A DNA stretch of 64,000 bases from Mobula birostris. Its lineage: Eukaryota. Positions 27,509 to 38,064 of the stretch are shown in pieces. The position numbers and the translations under genes are program-made. The notes below the pieces were generated by a model. It searched no databases and was not told the DNA's origin. It worked only from the letters and a program-made list of their open reading frames with translations. Each line of letters starts with the position of its first letter. The stretch's first letter is position 1. Location of the stretch: NCBI RefSeq assembly GCF_030028105.1, contig NC_092384.1, forward strand, positions 29,756,546-29,820,545, in the 5' to 3' direction.

Positions 27509-27748
27509 TCTTCCTTTTCTTAAAAAGAAAAACAATTAACAATGTTAATCAAAACACATCTATATCAGATAACTGAAACTCTGAAGTTGACTCTTTCTTA
27601 AAACCTTTGCGATTCTTTCTTAACACTGCTCCCTCCTCTGTTTGGACCATGTGTGATCTGGTCTGTGTCCATGTGTTCCTTTTATCTTGTATCCTCACTT
27701 TGTCTCCTTGTCCTTCAGACAAACATCTCCTAGATCAGTCAACTCACG

Positions 27749-27892
27749 TTCCACTTCCATTTGTAATGAAATACGAATCTTCTTTTCTTCATCTAATTCA
27801 CTCATTAACTGTGTAATCTCTTTTTTATGCTGAGACTTCATCATTTCAATAATACTTCTCAATTCCTTCACTTGTGCTTTCACTTCTTCCTC
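27749..27892 (-). pseudogene. SH3KBP1: Captured SH3KBP1/CIN85-like C-terminal coiled-coil fragment
   Basis: [47 protein letters not shown] versus recalled human CIN85 [47 protein letters not shown]. Confidence 0.85.
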
Positions 27893-28165
27893 ATACTGTG
27901 CCCACTGTGAGCGTTCTTGCTCTAGACGGTGATGAAACGGAATCTCATATTCTCTCAATGTCTCTTTCATTATCACTTGCATTGAAGCAACCTCCTCCTG
28001 CCATTGCTTTTTCACATCATCAATTGCCTCCTGTTTGGTCGTCTCAGATACTGCAGCCACTGCTTTTATGTTCTCCATGTCAGCATTTGCCTCCATGGGC
28101 TGGACCTGCAGTCGAGTGACATCACCTTCTGCTGACTGTAATGCAACATTCTGTCACTTCAGCTC
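27893..28165 (-). pseudogene. RABEP1: Captured Rabaptin-5 (RABEP1-like) N-terminal coiled-coil fragment
   Basis: LK*QNVALQ...[65 protein letters not shown] versus recalled human RABEP1 LKRQNAVLQ...EAQAEMENIKAIATVSENTKQEAIDEVKRQWREEVASLQAVMKETVRDYEHQFHLRLEQERTQWAQY. Confidence 0.88.
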
Positions 28166-28510
28166 TGTGTCACTATCCAAGACAAAAATTCCTTTCACCA
28201 AATTAAGTCTTTCACAGGCAGATAAACCCAGAATTGACTGTACATTTTTTGGCACGACCATAAATGAAAGCGTGTGCACAATATTTTTGTGTGATACCTT
28301 TGCCACGCATGTTCCTTTAACTGGAATGTCTGCACCCGAACACCCAGTCACTTTTATATTTGTCTGATGTAACCTCGGTCTTGGCTTTAAAGCATTGATC
28401 TCAGATTCTGCAAGAACATTCACTTGCGCTCCAGTATCAAGTTTAAACAGAATATTGTTTTGATTCACTTGCAACGGAATAGTCCAGTTATTCTTACTTT
28501 GTTTATTTTC
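28166..28510 (-). pseudogene. Retrotransposon aspartic protease domain
   Basis: FKLDTGAQVNVL active-site motif and SILGLSAC. Confidence 0.9.
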
Positions 28511-29060
28511 TCAAAGCACATCTATATAAAATTCCTCACGTTCATCTTCATGCACAGCATTTACTTGTTTCAATTTATTTTCCTTCTTTCTACTTTTACA
28601 ACAGCGTGAAAAATGATTAATCTTACTGCAGCCATTGCAAATTTTGCCATATGTGGGACTCTGATTTGGACGATGTTCCCGCGCACAGTGATCACGTGAC
28701 TTTTTTTCTTTCCAATGCCGTTTTGTTCTCTGTCGGTTTCGTCGACGTATTATTTTATTTCTTGATGTATTCACGCTCTTTTACAGAGTTTACATTGCAG
28801 TTTTCGACAAAAAGCTCTTCAGCCTGCAACGTCACAGTCTCAGAAGCTTTTACAAAATTTAAATCTTGCTCTCTCAACAGCCTTTCTCTCAGAGCATTTT
28901 CTTGAATGTCACAAACAAGTCTATCTTTAGTGAGAGAGCAATCCAAACTCGCATGTTCTATTATGCTTTCTTAACTCAGTAACATACTGATCAATTGTTT
29001 CAGCAGCTCTCCGTGCACATGTGAAGAATTTATATCGCTCATACGTTAAATTACGCTTAG

Positions 29061-29942
29061 TGTTACGTACCCCGTAACTGGGTTGCCAAACCAGCAGAAA
29101 TGGATCACTCAGTTGGAGTCAGGATTACTAGAACTAAGAAAGTTTTATTAAAGAAACAAGCAACACAGTAATCGAAAGGATAATAAATGCAACAGTTCAG
29201 CAATGATAAACACACATGTGCACAGAATTAAGATAACAGCATCAATCAAGCTCTGTTGTTGTCTAGGGGTAAATGACCAATTTCAAAGTGACACAAAGTT
29301 CAGTCCAATTTAGTTCAGTTCACAGTAATCGTTGCCATGGCGATGGACAATGTGGGGGGAAGGAGAGAGAGAACGAGAATGACTGATCATTCAGAACGGC
29401 TTCCACTCACAGACTGGCGATATTGCTCACAAGCAGCTTTCGGGCGGGTCCTTTGTGATGTCACCTGAGGTCACCGACTGTGACCCCTCCTCCAGATGCG
29501 GTCGATCCTCTGCAGTGAACCCGGCACCCAAGCAAGGGTGGACACACACCGGGTTCCCACTGATCGTACCTTTCCACCCTGTGCGTTGAAGGCTGATCTC
29601 CCACTCAGCCGTCCAAGAGCTTCCCACCGACTTGTGAGAGGCGCACCGCTTCCAGGGTCTCGTTACCTCGAGTGTCGTGTGTGTGTTTCCTTAGCGAACC
29701 TGTCCCTTTTTATCCCCCTGCTGGGGTATAGCCTGTCCATCACTTCAAACAGTTCAGGGTTCAAAGGGGGGAGCCGCTCTAGACAATACCCAGACTGATG
29801 GCTCCTTCATTAACATCTCCAAATGCTGCTTCATTGTTCCTTATCTCTCCCTCCCCTGAGGACAGGTGGCAGACCAACTGCTGATGCCACTGGTGCTAGC
29901 CCAGGCCAGCAAACATCTTAATTTATGTGTATCCTCGTCACA
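29061..29942 (-). mobile_element. Solo LTR (882 bp) inserted in gag, with 4-bp TSD TTAG
   Basis: Ends TGTTACG...CGTCACA; TTAG at 29057-29060 and 29943-29946; removing it restores gag CIPKRNLTYERY; minus-strand GATAAAAA and AATAAA. Confidence 0.88.
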
Positions 29943-30290
29943 TTAGGTATACAAAATACTTCAAATCTGTCCATTATCGACTTTAAATTGAAATTATCTC
30001 CATCTTCAAAAACAAAATTATTATATACCTCTACTGTGTCATTCCGGATTACATGGAGCAAAAGCGCAGCTTTGTTTTTTTCCTATTTTTCTTTATAATC
30101 GATCGCTGGTAAGTACAGTTCAAACTGTTGCTTGAATATCCTTCAATTCGCAGCCATATTGCCAGACAGCTGAAGTTTTGGTGGGGGTTGTAAACCTTCC
30201 ATTTTACCGTTTACAGTTCGAAATTTTTTCTTCCTCTCTTTTTTTTTGATTATCTTCGATTCTCGATTCTCCCGTATTATTCTTCCAGAA

Positions 30291-30305
30291 CCACTTCTGA
30301 CACCA
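30291..30305 (-). promoter_or_regulatory. Primer-binding site complementary to the tRNA-Leu 3' end
   Basis: TGGTGTCAGAAGTGG directly after the 5' LTR. Confidence 0.85.
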
Positions 30306-30505
30306 TGTTTTGTTACTTCTGTTTAAATGTACCATGGGTTAACAGTAAAGAATCATATTCTGGAAGAATTAGAGAACTTTTATTTACAGTAATAAACAAA
30401 CACATCTTAACCCAGCCACGTGCTGGAACATTCTGGCAATCCCATGTATGCTCAGTGCTCTGTCCAATCATGTACTGGCACATCATTGCATGTGATATCA
30501 CCACA
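30306..30505 (-). repeat. 5' LTR
   Basis: Direct repeat of 27309-27508, followed on the - strand by the PBS. Confidence 0.95.
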
Positions 30506-31227
30506 GTGGGAATATAAGACATGTATGAAGAAGGTTTATCAGTCTGGACTTTATGGCCAGCTGTGAGGTGCTCAAACTCACTACAGATGTACAAATAAGA
30601 GCAATTTGGCTTGGCTCCGTCTAGATATTTCTTAAATATTTTATCTTCAATTATCAATCCAATTTATTTTGAAAACTGCAATTTTTGTACTTCCATCACA
30701 CTCTCAGGCCTTGCACTCCATATCCAGACAAGCCGTTGAATTGCTCTTTGTTGTATCTCTACTGAAAGTCTCTATTTGAAAGTATCATTAAAACTGTGTC
30801 CTATGGTTCCCAACAATTTCACCAATGGGAACAATGCCTTCTTGTTCACATTGTAGAAAAACTCTAATAATCCAGCACCACTGGGTCTTTGGGAATGCTG
30901 GATTAGCAAAATTTCATTTTATTGGATGTTATTTCCATCAATGCATCAACGCACTTTTATTTCACAGTTTTTGTGCTTTACCCATTAATATAAAATTTCC
31001 AGTGAAACACATGAAGGGAGTGGCAAATATAGCACTCTGGAGACCAGTTCTGGTTCTGAACTGACAAATATTCCTTACCAGGCACAGGAGCCCAACATTG
31101 GTTTCAACCTGTGGTCCTGATCCCAGCTCAGCCATAGTTTGGCTGCATTCCCTGTTTGCACTCTGGACCCTGGCTCATACTATGTATTAGTGAGTGAGCC
31201 AGATGGAGGACCATCATCATTTCCAAA

Positions 31228-31360
31228 GCGCAAACACGAGGAAATCTGCAGTTGCTGGAAATTCAAGCCACACACATCAAAGTTGCTGGTGAACACAGCA
31301 GGCCAGGCAGCATCTCTAGGAAAAGGTACAGTCGACGTTTCAGACCGAGACCCTTCCAAA
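31228..31360 (-). repeat. Penelope-associated terminal-repeat fragment
   Basis: Reverse complement reads GAAGGGTCTCGGTCTGAAACGTCGACTGTACC. Confidence 0.6.
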
Positions 31361-31749
31361 GCATTGGATTTCACATTATCATAGTTTCATTGTATTTAGT
31401 TTAATGATGATTTTGAACATTTCTGTCAAATCTCTTCTCAATTTTCTCGGCTCTAAGAGAAATTCCTAATTGTTCATGTTTATCCATAATACCAGCAAAA
31501 TCTCTGGTGTATTCTCTTCATAACTTTCAAATACTTCCTATTGTGTGATACTTGGTAATGGAACTATTTTTTAATTGGAAGTTTAGCATAATGTTCTAGT
31601 GTTGTTCATTATGTCTCTATTTCCAAAGCTCAGGATCTTGAACTTGTCTTAACAGCTGTCTAAAACTGTCCAGAGATTTCTTGTAGTGCCTTTGGAATTA
31701 TATTCTTCATATTACATTGCCTATCTCCATTTAGTGTTAAACTGATATC

Positions 31750-32190
31750 ATATAATGAGATGAAAGGATTTACGAAAATAATTCCGGGAATGTAAGAGTT
31801 ATCATATAAGGAGCATTTGATGGCTCTGGGCTTATATTCACAGGAGTTTAGAAGAATGTGGAAAGATCTCATGGAAATTTATTGAATGTTGAGGGCACAG
31901 CCTCAGAATAAAGGGACATCCATTTAGAATGAAGATAAGGCAGAATTTATTGGCCAGAATATGGTGAATCTGTGGAATTCGTTACCAGAGGCAGTCGTGG
32001 AGGCCAGGACATTGTTTTTATTTAAGGCAGAGGTTGATAAGTTCTTGATTTATCAGGGCATGAAAGGTTATGGAGAGAAGTCGGGAGAAGGGGTTTGAAA
32101 GGAAAAATAAATCAGCCATTATGAAATGGTGGAGCAGACTCGATGAGCTGAATGGCCAAATTCTGCTCCGCTCTCTTATTGTCTTCTGGT
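31750..32190 (+). mobile_element. CR1 LINE 3' fragment
   Basis: Similar to 9800-10280. Confidence 0.7.
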
Positions 32191-32494
32191 CACCACTTAT
32201 AACCTCCCAGCTTCTCATATCACTGCCCTCCCCATCCACTCACCTACCTTCCCCCTCACCTATCACCTGACATCTTATTCTGACATCTGTCCTCTTCCTT
32301 TCCAGTCATGCTGAAGATTTTCACTGGAATCATTGACTGTTTATTTCCCTCCATAGATGCTGCCTGACTTGCTGAATTTCTCCAGAATTTTGTGTGAGTT
32401 CATTCAGATGTCCAACATCTGCAGAATCTCTTGTGCAAAGGACCATGTTTTCATTACAGTTTACGTTCTTCCTTGATGTCAATTGATAATTATT

Positions 32495-32875
32495 GTTCTC
32501 TACCCATGCTAGTATCATGGGCTCTTAACTTGTTAAGCAGCCTCATGTGCAGCACCTTGTCAAAGGCCTTCTGAAAATCCAAGTACACAACATCCACTGA
32601 TTCTCCTTTGTCTATCCTGCTTGTTATTTCCTCAAAGAATTCCAACAGATTTGTCAGGCAAGGTTTTCTTTTAAGGAAAGCATGCTCACTTTGGCCTATT
32701 TTATCATGTGCCTCCATGTACCTTGAGACCTCAAGTTTAACAATCAACTCCAACATCTTCCCAATCACTGAGGTCAGGCTAACTGGACTATAATTTCCTT
32801 TCTTCTACCTCCCATTCTTCTTGAACAGCGGAGAGAAATTTGCAAAGTTCCGGTTCTCTGGAACCCTGCCAGGTC
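32495..32875 (-). mobile_element. CR1 RT fragment
   Basis: CLTNLLEFFEEIT...VDVVYLDFQKAFDKV. Confidence 0.8.
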
Positions 32876-32919
32876 CTTGGACTAAAGAAGAGATGATTGT
32901 TTAAGAGGTATAAGGTACC

Positions 32920-33295
32920 TTCTTACCTTTTCTCTTCTCCTCCTCAGTCCTCATGAGCTGCCCATCACCTCCCTCTGGTTCCCCACCTCCTTCCTTTTAT
33001 TTCATGGTCCACTGTCCTCTCCTATTAGATTCCTTATTCAGCTCTTTACCTGTTCTACCTATCAACTCTCAGATTGTCACATCATCCCCCTTGCCCACCT
33101 ACCCACTTGCACCTCACCAGGTCTCACTGATCACCTGTCTCCTTGCCCTTCCAACCCACCACTTTCTTATCCTGGCTTCTGCCCTCTTCCTTTCCAATTC
33201 TGATGAAGGGTCACGGCCCAACACGAGTACGGTTTATACCCCTCCATAGATGTTGCCTGAATTGCTAAGTTCCTCGAGCATTTTGAGTGTGGTAC
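32920..33295 (+). repeat. Penelope-like 3' end (pyrimidine-rich stretch plus terminal repeat)
   Basis: C/T-rich tract followed by CTGATGAAGGGTCACGGCCC...AGATGTTGCCTGA; a shorter similar copy lies at 32195-32435. Confidence 0.55.
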
Positions 33296-34277
33296 TTCTC
33301 TTTCTCAGCGTTCCCCTGCAGTGTACTAATCATACAGGTAAAACCATTTTGTTGTGACCTTGCTGATGGCTTTGCCTTCCAACTGATTTTGGCATGGTCA
33401 GCTTTCCAGAGCTTGCTAGCTGTATCTGACCTTTCTATGACCTGTTTATCCAAAGAAAATCATTATGCTGCATTTAGTACAGGTTCTGCCCAAAGTCCGG
33501 AGATCCCCTAACTTCTCTAACATGTGGGAAAGTTGTAACATATGTGCATGACATCTTGCTTTGGTCTTAAAATGACTGCAACATGATTCATTCAGTACTT
33601 ATTAGTCAATAAGAATTCTTACCAGTTGATCTTGTGGTTAAGATTGCAATTAGGGAGGGAGGATTTAAATACAATAAAACTTCACTCAAATGTTATCAGA
33701 TAATGGTTGACTTTATTTGCCATATGTACAAATAAAGAACATGTCCTAATAAATAAAGGAACAAAAAGTTTGCAAAGATTTGGCAAGACACCTAAAACTT
33801 CAACAAATTTCTACCCAGTAGTTGCATCACAGCCTGTTATGGAAACACCAATGCCCTTGAATGAAAAATTCAACAAAAGGTGGAGGATACGGCCCAGTCC
33901 ATAATGCGAAAAGCCCTCCCCACCATTGAGCTCATCCACACGGAGTCCTATCACAAAAATCAGCATCCATCATGAAGGATCACCACCACCCAGGCCATGC
34001 TCTCTTCTTGTTGCTGCCATCAGGAAAAAGGTACAAGAGCCTTGGGACCCACACCATCAGGTTCAGGAACAGTTATTACGCCTCAAACATCAGGCTCCCG
34101 AACCAGAGGGAATGACTTCACCCAACTTCACTCACCCTATCAACCTATGGACTCTGTTCCCAGGATTCTTCATCTCATGTTATTGATGCTTATTGCTTAA
34201 GTATTTATTATTATCATTACATTTTTCATTTCTTTTGTATTTTCAGTTTGTACATTGGTTGTTGTTGTTGTTGTTGT

Positions 34278-37200
34278 TGTAAGGGGAGTGGGGCGTTGGG
34301 AATGGACCTAAATGCAAGACACAGACACTAAGTACTAGGAACAGGACTTGACTGGAGAACTAGGGTTAGGGACGGGACTGTATGCAGACAAGAAGTTGGG
34401 ACAGGAACACAGACTAGGCTAGGGAAGCAGGACCTGGACGAGGGACTGGGAACAAGGTGCCTGGGCGTGGACTCTGAGCCAGAGACTGGACAAGGACCCA
34501 GAACCTGGGTCTTGACTTGGGCTCGGACTCCAAAACTAGGGGAAGATGTGACGAGGCTTGGGTTCCTGGAGACCAGGCGAAGATGCGACGAGGCTTGGGT
34601 TCCTGGAGATGCGAGGGTACTTCGAGGCTTGGGTATGGGCAACGAACCAGAATCTGGGACTTGCTGCGGGCTCGGACTCCAGAACTAGGTGAGGACAAGA
34701 CGTGGCTCCAGGACAAGGAGTGGCAACAGGACTGGACGTGAGACTTCTGGACAGGACAAGGGAACCCCAGCACAGGATGAGGGAACCCCAGCACTGGGCT
34801 GGGCAAGGTACTCCTGGGCTGGGTGAGACACATGGACAAGACGAGAACACAAAGCCATGGCTTGGACAGGACAAGGTTCTTGGATCGTGGCTAGGACTGG
34901 ACGAGACCCCGAAGACTTGACTTGGTTGAGGGAGAGACAGGAACGCAGAGCCTTGGTCAAGGGAGAGACAGGAATATGGAACACAGAGCCAGGACCCCTC
35001 CTTGGAAACAGGACGTAGGGCTGGGACTCATTACACAGAATGCAGAATACAATGAAATGGTTCCCAACACTAGGTAGCGGCAAACGGCCGGACATACCTA
35101 GCAAAGGCGCGGACACAGAAGGTTCCCAACACTAGGTAGCGACAAATAGCCAGACCTACCTAGTGAAGGTGTGGACACAGAGACAGTTCAAAACAACGAT
35201 AGACAGTTCCTTATCATGCTCCGGCGATTGAACTAGACAGTGGTGCAGGCGAGGGTTACAGGCAAGGCGAGGCTTCAGACGAGGCAAGGCAAGGTGAGGC
35301 AACAGAAGGAAGGGGAACAGAAGCAATTCAGACAGGTGGTATGGACAGGAACAATCCAGCAGCCAGAGGCTTCTTCTTCTTCTTTTTTGTTTTATGGTAG
35401 TTGGCAACCAGTTTTTCAGTGCATTATCGCCACCTTCTAGACTTGTAGTGTTCCAACCAAATGTGTCCTGGAGTTCTGTACTTTAGACAATCTAGTTCAG
35501 CCTGCAGTTCTCTATTAGCATCACCCTGTAGCTGCAGTTCCTCGTGACTGCTTAATGCATTCATTAGATAATGCCACAAACTGCTATTCTTCCCTAATTT
35601 TGTCACGTTTTCATGTAGTTGCGTTACCTCAATTACATTGATTTCATCTATATCACTTGTAAGACTAAAACCATCTTGTTAAAGAATAGTAATTATTGCA
35701 TGTTATACTTTAAAAATTGCTGGTTTTCCAAGTCTATTTGCTTTTTCAGGTTTTCCTTCTCTTGGATCGTAGCCTACAGTTGTTTACTGAGACCTCGAAG
35801 TTCTTCTTCATTTGCTTCCATGTTTTCATTTTATAATCTGAATGTAGATAATTCACTTTGTAACAAATTCCTTTTCCTTTTGTATCCTCGTAATAATTTC
35901 CTCCATTTTCCAATCTCTTTCCAACTCACAGTTGTTATTGCCGGGTACTTCTATTTGTTGTTGGAATTCTGAACATGTACCCTGGGCTTCAACCATAAAA
36001 TCTGAGGATTTTCCTTAAGTTCTGAAACATATTTCTTAAATTCTTGACCATTTGCGATAAATATACTGCCATTAAGATTCCATCTCCCCTGCCTGTGAAC
36101 TGTTGAATCCTCCATTCAGTGTTTCTTTGACTTCTTCCTACCTAATCCTTTTAATACCAAGATACTTTTCTGCAGACTTGATGATAATTTTAATTTTCTC
36201 AGTTCTTTTGCTTGTTTGCACTGAACAATTAATTGCATACACCATAAAAAGTACGAAATCCTTTCTACTCATTAATAGTGTATCCTTATTTTTTATATTA
36301 CAGCCCTCACAATTCACCAGTTTATTATTCCCTGTATTTGCTTGCTTAACAGCCTTTTTCAGCAAATTCTTTCACTGCCTCTGCATAACTGATTCCTTAA
36401 GTTACTTTTACATATTGTATCTCAGCTGCCTTCTTGCTATAAATGCACCCTCAATAAGCTGCGTTTTGTTCCTCACCACAATTGCAGCATTTCAGCCTAG
36501 CTCCCGCTTCACATTTCCCATATTCATGTTCTCCAGCGCATCTCCCACATCTTCGCTTTCCTCTGCGGACCGCCGCAATGTGTCTGAATTTCTGACATTT
36601 ATAGCATCTTAAAGACAGTGGTATATATATTCTAACCACATAACACATATGCCTTAAGTAAACGTTAGTCGGCAATCTCTCTTCATCAAAGTTAATCATT
36701 ACTGATAAACTATCATACTCTTTCCCGTTTCTTGTAACTTTCAAACATTTGGCCTCAATAATTTTTGCTCCTTTTATGTTCTGCTTAATCTCATCCATAG
36801 TAACTTTTGTTGGTATCCCCAAAATAACTCCTCTAGTCCACTTTCTATTGTTGGGTATTGAGCATTGTACTTCTTTGCCATCTATTTTACTTAATCTTAT
36901 CACTTTGCCTTGCTGAGCACTATCTCAACAAATCACTAATAGCAATCCATTTTGTAAAATCTTTGCTCCTTTAATCTCACCTATAATTTTGTAGAGCATC
37001 TTCGTCAAACGAATTGGGTTTCAATCACCAAAAGACACCCTGTCTTCGCCTGGTTTTATAATTGCTTTAATCTCATCTTCTTTCCATTGTTTTGCTGTCT
37101 TGCTTTGATCATCCACTGACTCCTCAGAGTTTGATATCCCGTACCTCTGCTTTCTTTTCTTCCTCTTTCCATTCCTTTCCTCTTTCCCACCGACCTCCAT

Positions 37201-37522
37201 CTCTAGTTCACTTCCACTCTCGCCAAAAACTTCCTTCAATAGCTTGGCTCTTTCCTTCATATTCTCTCTCTTCACCATTTTCTAGTCAGCCGTCTCGACC
37301 CACTCCCAGCTCACCTACCACCAGCCAGCCATCGGGTGTTCTACTTCACCTGAATATCCGCTGGAACCCAGCCAGAGGCTGAATCCTGAAGCTATTTATG
37401 AAGCCAGCACAAACGAGAATCTGCTGCCTCAATAGAAACTGGGGAAAACCAGAAAACCTGGAATAAGGAACCTGGACTGGATCATGAACGGGAAAGCAGA
37501 TTTCAAGGACCGGACCATGACA
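34278..37522. mobile_element. Long solo-LTR-like element (about 1.24 kb net) with internal duplications, interrupted by a LINE
   Basis: TGTAAGG...CATGACA ends; flanks GTTGT and GTCGT; internal repeats ACGAGGCTTGGGTTCCTGGAGA, GGCTCGGACTCCA, GGGAACCCCAGCAC, GGTTCCCAACACTAGGTAGCG. Confidence 0.65.
35372..37368 (-). mobile_element. Non-autonomous I-group (Nimb-like) LINE: degenerate ORF1 with zinc knuckles, ORF2 mostly replaced; 12-bp TSD
   Basis: TSD CAGCCAGAGGCT at 35360-35371 and 37369-37380; (GAA)n tail; ORF1 CYKCQKFRH..CGRCAGEH..CCNCGEE; EN start IANGQEFKKYV. Confidence 0.85.
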
Positions 37523-37679
37523 GTCGTCCATTATGTTGAGTGTGATCTTTTATTGATTCTATTATGTTTCTTGGATTTACTGTGTATCATTGTAAGAAAA
37601 TGAATCTCAGGGTTGTATATAGTGACACATATGTACTTTGATAATAAATTAACTTTGTATTTTGTACCTTTGTAAGTTG

Positions 37680-37978
37680 AAACATACAGCTAAGAACTTG
37701 ATTTGCGTCAATGACCAATCTGTCCAAACACGTGCTGGCACTGGCCCGCAAGTGTCACCATGCTTCTGGCATCAACATAGCAAGCCCACAACTTACTAAA
37801 CCTTACTAATCCATACGTCTTTGGAATGTGGCATAAACCGGAGCACCTGGAGGAAACCCACATGGCCACGGGGAGAAAGTACAAACTCCTTATGGACAGC
37901 AGTGGGAAATGAACACCCATCGCTGATCACTGGTGTTGTAACAGGTTTATGCTAACCATTCCACCACTGCGCTGCCTT
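37680..37978 (-). mobile_element. tRNA-derived V-SINE
   Basis: A/B-box-like head and V-domain GAGTTTGTACTTTCTCCCCGTGGCCATGTGGGTTTCCTCCAGGTGCTCCGGTTT. Confidence 0.8.
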
Positions 37979-38064
37979 AAAATAAACAGAACCATCGTCA
38001 GACTCAATGAGATGTAAGTGTCCCAACTGCTGTTGCTGCGAAGAATAACTATTCTAATTCATAG

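Larger units (their letters stand above)
27309..30505 (-). mobile_element. Non-autonomous Ty3/Gypsy (Mag-like) LTR retrotransposon carrying captured host gene fragments
   Basis: LTRs at 27309-27508 and 30306-30505 (200 bp, TG...CA, 13 mismatches by manual count); TSD GTGGG at 27304-27308 and 30506-30510; PBS; PPT; degenerate gag from ATG 30202 (MEGLQPPPKLQLSGN...CIPKRNLTYERYKF), zinc knuckle, protease LDTGAQ, integrase C-terminal remnant. Confidence 0.93.
33755..37670 (+). mobile_element. Rex1/Babar 3' fragment split by nested insertions (pieces at about 33755-34277 and 37523-37670)
   Basis: SLQRFGKTPKT..NFY, HPPGHAL- and PSGKRY-type motifs; 3'UTR resumes after 37522 and ends AATAAATTAACTTTG. 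Confidence 0.65.

Noticed and set aside
27695-28096. Native RABEP1 or SH3KBP1 exon, or a stand-alone 133-aa gene
   Set aside because: It lies between paired LTRs, fuses two unrelated genes, lacks matching splice sites, and no other exons of either gene are in the window.
34328-35116. Several overlapping Pro/Ser-rich ORFs, and spaced repeats superficially like a CRISPR array
   Set aside because: Products of internal duplications in an LTR-like element; irregular spacing, eukaryotic context, no cas genes.
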